DNA from: an uncultured Spirochaetota bacterium
GTDB lineage: Bacteria; Spirochaetota; Brevinematia; Brevinematales; JAOACQ01
DNA: 64,000 nt
NCBI GenBank assembly: GCA_963768055.1
Contig: CAVYGN010000002.1
Location: 352,001-416,000 of the forward strand
Direction of reading: 5' to 3'
The first letter of the stretch is position 1, and the number at the start of each line of letters is the position of its first letter. Shown here one piece after another: positions 38,746-48,186 of the stretch. The notes beneath the pieces were generated by a model. That model worked only from the letters and a program-made list of their open reading frames with translations. It made no database searches and was not told the origin of the DNA. Made by a program: the position numbers and the translations under genes.

Positions 38746-39606
38746 TCAATCTGTTTTGACGTTTGATATTTCCTCAAGTATAATCTCTGTTTTTAATTCC
38801 CGTGATTTTATCATTAGCCTTCTATCCGAATCCTCGATAAAGATGCTTAAAGATTTCATCATTTCTCCCGTCAGTCCTGCGATGAATGGATCCGCCATGA
38901 CCGCGTTTAATTTATGAACCCGGAATGTCCCGGCCTTTGTCGTCATTGATTCTTTATCATTTTCATAACTGCTCGTTACAGGTAAAGGTTCCTTAAGGAA
39001 ATTCGGGAGAGCCAGGTAGTATACTCCGGGAGTTCCCGGGTCGATAAACCGGCCGGCAATAATACCCGATGACAATAAATCTATAATTGGAAAATCGGTT
39101 TTAACCTTTATGGTGAAAGTCTTTGTAAAAGTTTGATCACCCTTTACAGATTTTGAAACATATTTGATATAACCTTTATCCCTGAATAATTGATAATGCC
39201 AGTATGTCAAGCCTCCGTAACCCATATTTTCCATTTCTTTCAGATCGTTGGTTTTTATATGACCTTCCGATTCGATAGTCTGGCCTGTAACCGGATTAAA
39301 AAGTATAGATATGGGCCATTCGGTATAATTTCCGGGCCCTCTATTGCCGTTAGAAACGGCTTTTAAATTTATATAGAAACGGTATGACAAACCGCCTTTT
39401 TCTTTAGTTACCTTTTTTACTACATAATAATAATCCGAAACCTTTTCTCCGCTTGTATAAACCCCGTAGCGTAGAAACTCCCCGTCAGGTATTATAACAC
39501 CGGGGAAAGATTTTTTTGGGACATTGTGTTTTCCGATTATCGCGCAGGATATGATAAAAAATACCGTTATTATAAGAAAGAATAATTTAATAAAACGAAA
39601 CGCCAT
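38746..39606 (-). CDS. Hypothetical lipoprotein
   Basis: Lipobox-like FIISC; GEFLRY and TKAGTF motifs suggest an exported beta-rich fold. ATG at 39606 preferred over the track start 39618. Confidence 0.65.
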   Translation of the reverse strand: MAFRFIKLFFLIITVFFIISCAIIGKHNVPKKSFPGVIIPDGEFLRYGVYTSGEKVSDYYYVVKKVTKEKGGLSYRFYINLKAVSNGNRGPGNYTEWPISILFNPVTGQTIESEGHIKTNDLKEMENMGYGGLTYWHYQLFRDKGYIKYVSKSVKGDQTFTKTFTIKVKTDFPIIDLLSSGIIAGRFIDPGTPGVYYLALPNFLKEPLPVTSSYENDKESMTTKAGTFRVHKLNAVMADPFIAGLTGEMMKSLSIFIEDSDRRLMIKSRELKTEIILEEISNVKTD

Positions 39607-39622
39607 GGCAAGCCTCACCGGA

Positions 39623-40222
39623 TTATTTTTTTATGATTCCGTCTAAAATGAGCGAAACGGCGTACAGGATATCTTTCACCATCCCGTCAAAATCCAGGGA
39701 AGAGTTCATGCCGGCTTTCGACTTCATGTAGGCCGAGTTTTTCATCGAATATATCACATTCTGAATTGTCGAAGCGACTTTATTTACATCGCAGCCAACG
39801 ATCTCATGCCGTTCAAGGCATCCGGCCAGAATTGACGCGAAGTAATCGGCGCTTTTTTTTTGAGAGCTTTCCATCATATCTTCCAGATACGGGGTAAATT
39901 TATTTAATGTCTCCATTGAAACCTGGTTTAAGATGCTGTTGCGCCGGTTGTATGTAAAACCTTCCCTGACCCACGTCAAGAGCTTTTCCCTGCAGCCGCT
40001 TACAGCCTCCACCTTCTTTTTTATCGATTCGCCGAATTCTTCAGCTTCCCTGTTTATCACCTCGGTAAATATCGCTTCTTTATTCTTGAAATAATAATAC
40101 AGGGAAACCTTGTTCATCCCAACCATTTCGCCAATATCGTCAAGGGTTGTCTTATCGTAGCCGAACCTGGCAAAACATTTTCCCGCCGCTGTCAAAATTT
40201 CATTCTTCCTGTCCGGAGCCAT
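39623..40222 (-). CDS. TetR/AcrR-family transcriptional regulator
   Basis: ILTAAGKCFARFGYDKTTLDDIGEMVGMNKVSLYYYFKNKEAIF helix-turn-helix. Confidence 0.95.
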   Translation of the reverse strand: MAPDRKNEILTAAGKCFARFGYDKTTLDDIGEMVGMNKVSLYYYFKNKEAIFTEVINREAEEFGESIKKKVEAVSGCREKLLTWVREGFTYNRRNSILNQVSMETLNKFTPYLEDMMESSQKKSADYFASILAGCLERHEIVGCDVNKVASTIQNVIYSMKNSAYMKSKAGMNSSLDFDGMVKDILYAVSLILDGIIKK

Positions 40223-40249
40223 GAAAAATCCCCTAAAACATTCTTACTT

Positions 40250-40285
40250 TCTAACATTATATCATAATATTAGATTATTAGTCAA
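40250..40285 (-). promoter_or_regulatory. Sigma70 promoter of the tetR operon overlapped by a palindromic operator
   Basis: Minus strand TTGACT-N18-TATAAT with a TG extension; palindrome TCTAACATTAT-atc-ATAATATTAGA at 40250-40274. Confidence 0.65.
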
Positions 40286-40374
40286 CGAGCAGGAGAATAA
40301 TTTTTCTTGATTTTTAAATAATTATTTCCTATTTTAGGTATATAGAACATTATTTTTGATATAAGGGGGATTTT

Positions 40375-41424
40375 ATGACAAAGATCGGCATTAACGGTTT
40401 CGGGCGTATAGGCAGGCAGGTCTTTAAAGCGATCAATGAACGCTATGAAAACAAGCTTGAAGTAGTCGCAATCAATGATCTTTTCGATTCAAAAACCAAC
40501 GCTTCATTATTAAAATACGATTCAAATTATGGAGCTTATAATGCAAAAATTGGGGTTTCCGGCAATGATCTTGTCGTTAACGGTAAAACGATCAAGGTAT
40601 TTGCCGAAAAAGATCCCGGAAATATCCAATGGAAAAATTTTGGAGCGGATATTGTAATTGAATCAACTGGTATATTCACCGATGCCGTCGGCGACAAGGA
40701 TAAAGGCAAACCCGGAGCAAATATTCATATTCTGAAAGGCGGGGCTAAAAAAGTAATTATATCGGCTCCGGCAAAAAATGAAGATATAACTATTGTCCTC
40801 GGCGTCAATGATAATAAATATGATCCGGCAGTTCATAATGTCATTTCAAACGCTTCGTGTACAACAAATTGCCTTGCACCGGTAGCAAAAATCGTACAAG
40901 ATAATTTCGGTATCATATACGGAGTCATGACAACAATTCATTCTTATACAAACGACCAGGTCATACTGGATCAGGGTCATAAAAGAGAATTGAGAAGGTC
41001 CCGGGCCGCCGGTTTAAATTTGATCCCGACTACGACAGGCGCAGCCAAGGCCCTGGCGCTTGTAATTCCCGAACTAAAAGGAAAATTTGACGGTTTCTCC
41101 ATGCGTGTGCCGACGCCGACAGTGTCAGTAATTGATTTTGTAGCATCCATTGAAAAGCCGACCACAAAAGACGAACTCAATAAGATCTTTATCGATGCCG
41201 CCAACGGAACATTAAAGGGAATTTTAGGCTTTACAAACGGAGAATACGGCGATCCCCTGGTTTCGATGGATTTTAAAGGCGATGACCGTTCGGCAATTAT
41301 CGATCTGCCGACGAACATGGTCATGGGCGGAAAACTCGTAAAAGTAATCGCCTGGTACGACAATGAATGGGGATATTCATGCCGGGTAGCCGATCTTGCA
41401 AATAAAATCTCTCAGTTTTTCTGA
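40375..41424 (+). CDS. gap: Glyceraldehyde-3-phosphate dehydrogenase (type I)
   Basis: [30 protein letters not shown] and WYDNEWGYS. Confidence 0.98.
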   Translation: MTKIGINGFGRIGRQVFKAINERYENKLEVVAINDLFDSKTNASLLKYDSNYGAYNAKIGVSGNDLVVNGKTIKVFAEKDPGNIQWKNFGADIVIESTGIFTDAVGDKDKGKPGANIHILKGGAKKVIISAPAKNEDITIVLGVNDNKYDPAVHNVISNASCTTNCLAPVAKIVQDNFGIIYGVMTTIHSYTNDQVILDQGHKRELRRSRAAGLNLIPTTTGAAKALALVIPELKGKFDGFSMRVPTPTVSVIDFVASIEKPTTKDELNKIFIDAANGTLKGILGFTNGEYGDPLVSMDFKGDDRSAIIDLPTNMVMGGKLVKVIAWYDNEWGYSCRVADLANKISQFF

Positions 41425-41486
41425 AGCCCAAGTATTCCATGAAAAAGGAGATTTGCTGTCATCTACCCGAAAAATCGCCTCGCGGA

Positions 41487-42191
41487 TTATTCCCAGCGGA
41501 AGGTGAACATGCTAATTGTTCCCGCAACAATAGTAACCGAACAAAGTACAATGATGTCCTTGATGAAATTTATGTAAACTCCGCCCATCCAGGCGCCCCT
41601 GATCAGGTCGATCCCATAGGATAAGGGCAGGACATTCGCGATGACTTTTACAATTCCGGGCATGATATCAAGGGGCATGGTGGCAAGCAGCATCATCGGA
41701 AAATAGAGTATGAACGATACGTCCCTGGCGATATTAAAATCCTTGAAAATAGAGGCTATGACGAACCCCATGGAGAAAATGCAGACGGCGGTTAGTGTAA
41801 AAGCCCCTATAACGGAAGGGAGATTCGGGCTTATTTTCAAATTGTAGGCAAGGACCCCGGCAAATATCAATATAACCATCGCCAGGATCGTGACGAGATA
41901 ATTTACAATGACCTGCGAGACCAGGAAATCCCCGGGATGGACAGGCGTCGCCATCATACGTTTAAGCACCTTGCTTTCCCGGTAATGGCAAATAACCAGC
42001 GGAAGATTCATGAGGCCCGTATAGGCGACGGCTATCCCTATATATCTGGCGATATTCATATCGATCATACCCGTGATGCCTCCAAGCAGGAGCAGGAGCA
42101 TAACAGGAAGGGCTATTGCTAAAATGACCTTGAAAATCGTCCTGAAAAATAGCTTTATTTCTATCCACGTGATGAAAGCGGTTTTAATCAT
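41487..42191 (-). CDS. ABC-2 type exporter permease
   Basis: About six TM segments, YRESKVLKRMMATP and LPLSY. Confidence 0.85.
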   Translation of the reverse strand: MIKTAFITWIEIKLFFRTIFKVILAIALPVMLLLLLGGITGMIDMNIARYIGIAVAYTGLMNLPLVICHYRESKVLKRMMATPVHPGDFLVSQVIVNYLVTILAMVILIFAGVLAYNLKISPNLPSVIGAFTLTAVCIFSMGFVIASIFKDFNIARDVSFILYFPMMLLATMPLDIMPGIVKVIANVLPLSYGIDLIRGAWMGGVYINFIKDIIVLCSVTIVAGTISMFTFRWE

Positions 42192-42216
42192 AAAATTCTC
42201 TCCAATTCCTCATTCG

Positions 42217-43122
42217 CTAAAGTCGTGAACCGGTCAGCTTCAAAAACACATCTTCCAGGTTAGGACGTTTAAAATTAAGTTCAACATAGTCAATCGAATC
42301 ATTTTCCAGGAAGTTTACAACATTTGCAAGCAGTCTTCTCCCTTTTCCCTGGAGTATAAAGCGTCCGTTTTCATGATCGACCCGGTTGACGCCCTCAATA
42401 TTGTTTAACCGGGCAATATCGGCCCAGGGGGCTTCGAACATAATGACATGATCGATCCCGCTTTTGTTTAAAATATTCGGTACGGTATCCATTTCCACGA
42501 TCCTGCCGTTCTGGACAAAGCACAGCCTGTCGCAAAGGAATTCAGCCTCTTCCATGTAATGTGTGGTCATAAAGATCGTGCGCCCTTCTTTCCTGAGCTC
42601 TTTAATAAGATCCCACATGGACCGGCGTGCGTGCGGGTCCAGACCGGTCGTAAGCTCGTCAAGGAACAAAACACGCGGGTTCGGGATCATGGCGAGGGCG
42701 ATGGAGAGCTTTTGGCGCAGGCCCCCTGAAAGCTTTGAAACTTCGGTATGAATTTTTTCCGACAGGCCGAACCTCTCTAAAAGCCCCCTGTATGGCAGGG
42801 GATTTTTGTAAAAACATCCGAACATACCGCATATTTCATCGACACGAATGCGCTCAGGATAAGAGGTTTCCTGAAGCTGGACGCCGATCGATGAGAAAAG
42901 CCTTCTCCTTTCAGCCCGGGGCTCCATATCGAGCACCCTTACCCTGCCTGCAGCAGGCTTTTTCAGCCCGATGGTGCATTCGATCGTGGTAGTCTTTCCG
43001 GCTCCGTTAGGGCCAAGCATTCCGAAGATTTCACCCTCCCTGACTGTGAAACCGATCCCGTCGACTGCTTTTACTTTACCGAAATTCTTATATAAACCTG
43101 ATACTTCGATAGGATCATTCAT
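42217..43122 (-). CDS. ABC exporter ATP-binding protein
   Basis: GPNGAGKTT, LSGG, LDELTTGLDP, TTHYMEEAE and LEDVFL. Start set at ATG 43122, an ATGA overlap with the upstream stop. Confidence 0.92.
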   Translation of the reverse strand: MNDPIEVSGLYKNFGKVKAVDGIGFTVREGEIFGMLGPNGAGKTTTIECTIGLKKPAAGRVRVLDMEPRAERRRLFSSIGVQLQETSYPERIRVDEICGMFGCFYKNPLPYRGLLERFGLSEKIHTEVSKLSGGLRQKLSIALAMIPNPRVLFLDELTTGLDPHARRSMWDLIKELRKEGRTIFMTTHYMEEAEFLCDRLCFVQNGRIVEMDTVPNILNKSGIDHVIMFEAPWADIARLNNIEGVNRVDHENGRFILQGKGRRLLANVVNFLENDSIDYVELNFKRPNLEDVFLKLTGSRL

Positions 43123-44255
43123 AAAAATAGCTCCGAAAGGGTCGAATGAATCCGGGGCATAAGTTCGCTTATCATTATTTTCTGAGGACATTTATCTTCA
43201 CATTCCCTGCATTGGGCGCATTGTGAGGCCTTTTCACTTTCCCCTATGAAATTCTTATATGCGAACCGCGCGCCTTCCATCGCATCATAAACGACTCCGT
43301 CATTGTAAATTTCAAAATTACGGGGTATATTCACGCCGGAGGGGCATGGCATACAGTAAGCGCATTTCGTGCATGGGATCGGCGTTCTCCCCATGAATTT
43401 ATTCCTTACATGATCTATAAGTTCGAGGTCTTCCGCAGTCATTGTATTCACACCGGAATTGTCTGCAGAATCTACATTCTGCTCCGTTTGTTTCATTGTA
43501 CTCATGCCGCTTAGCACCAGAGAAACTTCAGGCTGGTTCCATACCCATTGCAGGGCCCAGTCGGCGGGAGAACGGCGTTTTCTATATCCTTCATAGAGCC
43601 CTTTAACGGCTTCCGGAGGATTGGCCAGCCGCCCCCCCAGGATCGGTTCCATTACTATGACCGCCAATCCCTTTGAAGCCGCTAATTTCAGGCCCTTGAT
43701 CCCGGCCTGGTTTTCCGTGTCCATGTAATTATACTGGATCTGGCAGAATTCCCAGCCGTCGTAGCCTTCTATTATCTCTTTAAAGGAATCGAAATTGTCA
43801 TGAAAAGAAAAGCCGATATGCCCTATCCGGCCGTCTTTCAGGGCCGATTCCGCATTTTTAAGTATGCCGAGGCGGAGGACCTTTTCCCAGCTTGATTTGC
43901 CAAGGGCATGGAAAAGGTAGAAATCTATATATCCGGACCGGAGCTTTTTCATCTGTTCTTCGAGAAGCCTGTCAAAATCCCCGGGTTTATTTATCTCCCA
44001 TACCGGGGATTTAGTAGCCAGCTTTACCTTATTCCTGTATCCCTCATTCAAGGCCTTGCCCACAAGAATTTCGCTTTCTCCATTATGGTAGCCGTATGCA
44101 GTATCGATATAATTTACCCCTTTTTCGACGGCATAACGGATCATGCCGATGGCTTCTTTTTCATCGATTTTTCCATTATTCATAGGAAGGCGCATGCAGC
44201 CGAAACCAAGCGCCGAGGGTTTAAAATCTATTTTTCCAAAATTTCGGTATTTCAT
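43119..44255 (-). CDS. Aldo/keto reductase with a C-terminal 4Fe-4S domain
   Basis: LGFGCMRLP, YIDTAYGYH, LATKSP and IGFSFH; CTKCAYCMPCP and CAQCRECEDKCP. Confidence 0.93.
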   Translation of the reverse strand: MKYRNFGKIDFKPSALGFGCMRLPMNNGKIDEKEAIGMIRYAVEKGVNYIDTAYGYHNGESEILVGKALNEGYRNKVKLATKSPVWEINKPGDFDRLLEEQMKKLRSGYIDFYLFHALGKSSWEKVLRLGILKNAESALKDGRIGHIGFSFHDNFDSFKEIIEGYDGWEFCQIQYNYMDTENQAGIKGLKLAASKGLAVIVMEPILGGRLANPPEAVKGLYEGYRKRRSPADWALQWVWNQPEVSLVLSGMSTMKQTEQNVDSADNSGVNTMTAEDLELIDHVRNKFMGRTPIPCTKCAYCMPCPSGVNIPRNFEIYNDGVVYDAMEGARFAYKNFIGESEKASQCAQCRECEDKCPQKIMISELMPRIHSTLSELFL

Positions 44256-44314
44256 ATGTCGCTCCTTTAAGCAGTCTCTATTTTAGCAGTAAAATAAAGT
44301 ATTTTCCAAATATA

Positions 44315-45859
44315 TCAAAAGGGAAAATCCTGGGGACCGGTTTTTTTTATTTCAGCAGGCTTGTTCTCGTTCTTTTTCGCCCTTTTATGTACGGGATTTC
44401 CCTCTACAAAAATGGCCTTGTAAGGCCTGGCCGGACATGCAAACTCGCATGCCCCGCAGCCGATGCAGATTTCCCTGTCGGTTTCAGGACCGGGAAGGTC
44501 TTTTTTATAAGGCACTAAAAATACTGCCTTTGTCGGGCAATATTCGGCGCAAATTCCGCATTTTTTATCCTGCGTATAAACAATGCAGTTTTCTTTTATT
44601 AAATTCGCAAAACCTATCTGTATAAGTTTCTTCTCATCAAGTGAGCGTTCTTTGAGCGCCCCTGTGGGGCACACATAAAGACATGCATTGCATTCGTAAT
44701 TACAGAAGCTTGTATCATAATCCATCACAGGCTGAAAAATTCCTGAAATTCCAAACTGAGCCAGCGCCGGTTTGATTACTTTGGCTGGGCAGGCCGAGAC
44801 GCATAGATGGCAGGCCGTACAGTTTCCGGCAAAATGTTCTATACTTAGTCCGCCGGGAGGAATAACAGGATATTTTCTTTTTAACGGGACAATAGAATTG
44901 AAAACTGCCGCCAGGGATCTATTGCCTAATAAAGATAAAAAAATTGCGGCAGTAAAACCTTTCATCAGCAGTGTTAAGAATTCCCTCTTCGTCCCATCCA
45001 TTTTCTTTTCTTTTTTCCAGGGGGTATATCTATACTGAAATTCGATCGCATGCTGCGGACATGCTTCCAGGCAGTCGTAACAGTTGATGCATCGGCTGTA
45101 ATCAAGGGCCATATTCCTGCTGTCTATACACTCGGCCTTGCATGACCTTTCACAGAGAGCGCATCCGCTGCAATCCTCTTTCTTAATACTCAGACGCAAA
45201 ATTGAAAATCGGGAGAATAAAGACAGCAAGGAGCCGGTCGGGCAGAATGTATTGCAATAAAACCTTCCCCTGAAAATTGACAGCAAGAGTAAGATAAGAA
45301 AAAAAGAGGCTGAAAGAATCACGATACTTCCTTCAATCCTGTTAAGGGTTATATTTGGAATTATATAAATATGATGACTGCTCAAAATAACAGACAGATT
45401 ATTAAAAAAATACGATGCTAACGGCCTGGCAAGGTTTGCCGCCGCCCGGCCGAAATTGCTGAAAGGTTCCAGCATATTAATTAAAACAAGATTCCCTGCA
45501 AAAAAAAGGATCGCTGAAGAGCCCAGAAGTCCGTATCTCAATAAATTTTGCGTCTTATGGAAACGGAAAACCCCTTTTTTAAAAATCTTCCTTCCTGTAA
45601 AAAGGAATAAATCCTGAACAGCGCCTAATGGGCAGAGCGTCGAGCAGTAGAACCTTCCGCAGACAAAAGTGAAGATTAAAATAAATCCGAAGCCCGCGGC
45701 TGCCGCCGTGCTGCCCCCGATCATTTTCAGAATGGCAGGGAAGAATTGCATTTCCGTCAGGAAATCGATTAACCAGACAATGCCGTTGAGAATACCTGAA
45801 AAAACGAGGAGGTATGCAGTGAAAAAGAAAAGAGATAATGCAAGCCTGGCTGTTTTCAA
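44315..45859 (-). CDS. Membrane polyferredoxin (NapH/MauN plus NapF/MauM-like fusion)
   Basis: GRFYCSTLCPLG, GRFYCNTFCPTG, several CxxCxxCxxxCP motifs and IPPGG..F...CTACHLC. Confidence 0.88.
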   Translation of the reverse strand: MKTARLALSLFFFTAYLLVFSGILNGIVWLIDFLTEMQFFPAILKMIGGSTAAAAGFGFILIFTFVCGRFYCSTLCPLGAVQDLFLFTGRKIFKKGVFRFHKTQNLLRYGLLGSSAILFFAGNLVLINMLEPFSNFGRAAANLARPLASYFFNNLSVILSSHHIYIIPNITLNRIEGSIVILSASFFLILLLLSIFRGRFYCNTFCPTGSLLSLFSRFSILRLSIKKEDCSGCALCERSCKAECIDSRNMALDYSRCINCYDCLEACPQHAIEFQYRYTPWKKEKKMDGTKREFLTLLMKGFTAAIFLSLLGNRSLAAVFNSIVPLKRKYPVIPPGGLSIEHFAGNCTACHLCVSACPAKVIKPALAQFGISGIFQPVMDYDTSFCNYECNACLYVCPTGALKERSLDEKKLIQIGFANLIKENCIVYTQDKKCGICAEYCPTKAVFLVPYKKDLPGPETDREICIGCGACEFACPARPYKAIFVEGNPVHKRAKKNENKPAEIKKTGPQDFPF

Positions 45860-45869
45860 TCGTTTGCCT

Positions 45870-46796
45870 TTAAAGAGAAATTTTCTTTATTTTGATTTGG
45901 CCGAGGTCGCTGTTCCCGAGAAGCTTTCTTTCTGACGCCCGGTTTAAATAACCTATATTTATGGGGTCCATCCCGAAAATTTTTGCTGCCGCAAAATCCG
46001 CCGCCAGCATATCTGTTGAAACAAGAAGGTTTTTTAAAACCTTGACATCCCCTCTTGACAGGCCGCGCGGTCCGTTCGAAGCAAGAACTGCATATGCATC
46101 GACTACGGTCAGATCCGGCTTTCGGACCAAAGGGCAATCCGCTATACAGGCATCAAGATCGGTCCTGTGCCAGAAACCCCTGTCCCAAACGACACCCATA
46201 TAATTTTTAAGGCCTATTGTAAGTCCAGCCATGCTATGGCTTTTTAATATGGGGACATTGATAAAGACGTTGGCATCCAGAAACGTTTCATGAAAATCGC
46301 CGCTTTTTAAAAATGACGCCCCAGGGATCCTTGTATTATGATAATAACCGGGATTGTCAGCCGGCACCATCTCGCCCCCGGCATTTTTAACAGCTTCCTC
46401 TATGCCGCTTAGTTTATAGCTGGCCGATACGGAATCGCAGGAGTGGTCAAAAACATAGACCTTTTTTGCCCCTGCATCGAGGCAGTGTTTAATGATTTGA
46501 GTCACCAGCCCGGGATTGGTCGTTGCGGCTCGATCCGGAGAAACCGCCCAGCCTATATTCGGCTTGACCAGGACAGTCTGCCCTGATTTTACAAAATTCT
46601 TCATCGAGCCCATTTCTTTCATCGCCGCATCGAACATGACCTCAGGTTCGCCGCCTTTGACGGCTACCATATCATAAACACCATTACCAGCATCGGTATC
46701 GATGCCGAAGACCGGATTGAAATCTTTTAATAGAAAAACAGCTCCGGCTGCCAGTCCGAACTTTGCGCTATTTTTAAGAAATTCCCTCCTATCCAT
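45870..46796 (-). CDS. DUF362-family Fe-S protein with a Tat signal
   Basis: MDRREFLK twin-arginine signal (ATG 46796), VLVKPNIGW...ATTNP, INVPILKSH and GLKNYMG. Confidence 0.88.
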   Translation of the reverse strand: MDRREFLKNSAKFGLAAGAVFLLKDFNPVFGIDTDAGNGVYDMVAVKGGEPEVMFDAAMKEMGSMKNFVKSGQTVLVKPNIGWAVSPDRAATTNPGLVTQIIKHCLDAGAKKVYVFDHSCDSVSASYKLSGIEEAVKNAGGEMVPADNPGYYHNTRIPGASFLKSGDFHETFLDANVFINVPILKSHSMAGLTIGLKNYMGVVWDRGFWHRTDLDACIADCPLVRKPDLTVVDAYAVLASNGPRGLSRGDVKVLKNLLVSTDMLAADFAAAKIFGMDPINIGYLNRASERKLLGNSDLGQIKIKKISL

Positions 46797-46813
46797 TCCC
46801 TTGCTCCTCAATT

Positions 46814-48172
46814 TTACTTCCCGATGATATTTGTCAATTCATGGTAAAATTGTTCCCGGATTTTTTTCTGATCCGTAAAATTTTTATTAAAAAGGTCTTC
46901 ATACTTTTTCCCGTTGATTTTGTCGTTCAAGCGATAATAAGACCATGACAGTATTACCGTTGCGAAAGGAAAAGCCGAAAGATCGACATTCTTTTCCAGC
47001 AGCGACGCCGCTTCCCCATACCTGGCGGTGTAATAAAGGGCGCGGGACCATTCGAAAGCAATGTAATTTCTGGAAAAGGACGCCCAATCCGGTATGTTTT
47101 CGAATGCCTTCCGGTATAATAAAACGGAAGCTTCCATTAATTTATTTATTTTAAATTTCATCGCCTGCATCTCCAGCTGGTAAGCCATGTTGTAATAATC
47201 ATTATAAATCATTCTCGATGAAAGCATTTTATTGCTTACCGCCTCAGAAGCGATATTTAATATATTATCATAATTATAGCTGTTAAAATTCTCAAAAATC
47301 CTTAAAATATAAATTTCGTCATGATACATATCCTGCAAATCTCCGGGTATATCTTTCAGGATTCTTTCGGCATCCGCGCTGTTTTGAAACCCTCCGTAAC
47401 CGACGGTACAGGCAAAAAACAATCTATGCACCGGATCCATCATGTTTACAAGCGGCCAGTTGGTTACTTGATAAAGTTCGCCGTAATACGGCTCGCCGTT
47501 AGGGCCGCCCGGGCCTTTAACCGGGGGTAAATTAGCGCCGAGGAACACTTGTCCCAGGTACCTGTAATCATTTATAAGAAGAGGTGTTTTGTTTGAAATT
47601 ACCAGCAAATAATAATAATTTAATGAATTCGAGGTATTCTTGTCCTGGATTAAATTAGCCCTGAGATTATAAAATAGGACTGAAGGATTGCCCGGAAGAA
47701 TATTTTTTGCCTCCAGCAGATCTTTAACAGAATGTTCTTTACTGTTAAAAAAACGGAACAGCAAGGCGTCGGCGCTTTCTTTTTTATTCAGGGATTTATC
47801 AAGAGATTCATTAAAGGGGCTTTTTTTAAGATTTTGAATCACCGCCTGGATGTAATAATACAAAAAGCTGTCGTCGCCGATCGATAATTTACAATCGGCC
47901 GGTAAATTATCCGCATGTCCGATAGAACCCTTCCTCTGGGCCAATAATTGTTCGATAACTTCCTGATACCCGTTTTCAGGGTCAATTTGATCGATATAAT
48001 AAAGAGGGATCAGGTATTCAGGCTTTTCTGAACAAACAGCTTCACCGTACTTTTTTGCGCCTTCATAGTCCGACTTTTCCCAGTTTTTCCAGAATTGTTC
48101 GACATTGGAGTCCAATGTAAAAGCGGTTGCTTTAATCAGGCAGAGAATAATAATAAATCCAAAAATTTTCAT
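46814..48172 (-). CDS. Exported helical/TPR-like hypothetical protein
   Basis: 452-aa ORF with a signal peptide and TPR-like C-terminal helices. Confidence 0.7.
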   Translation of the reverse strand: MKIFGFIIILCLIKATAFTLDSNVEQFWKNWEKSDYEGAKKYGEAVCSEKPEYLIPLYYIDQIDPENGYQEVIEQLLAQRKGSIGHADNLPADCKLSIGDDSFLYYYIQAVIQNLKKSPFNESLDKSLNKKESADALLFRFFNSKEHSVKDLLEAKNILPGNPSVLFYNLRANLIQDKNTSNSLNYYYLLVISNKTPLLINDYRYLGQVFLGANLPPVKGPGGPNGEPYYGELYQVTNWPLVNMMDPVHRLFFACTVGYGGFQNSADAERILKDIPGDLQDMYHDEIYILRIFENFNSYNYDNILNIASEAVSNKMLSSRMIYNDYYNMAYQLEMQAMKFKINKLMEASVLLYRKAFENIPDWASFSRNYIAFEWSRALYYTARYGEAASLLEKNVDLSAFPFATVILSWSYYRLNDKINGKKYEDLFNKNFTDQKKIREQFYHELTNIIGK

Positions 48173-48186
48173 TATTAAACCCCTTT

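Noticed and set aside
45856..46137. 93-aa alternative-frame ORF inside the DUF362 gene, and the many other nested or antisense track ORFs
   Set aside because: They overlap well-supported genes and lack SD sequences and motifs.
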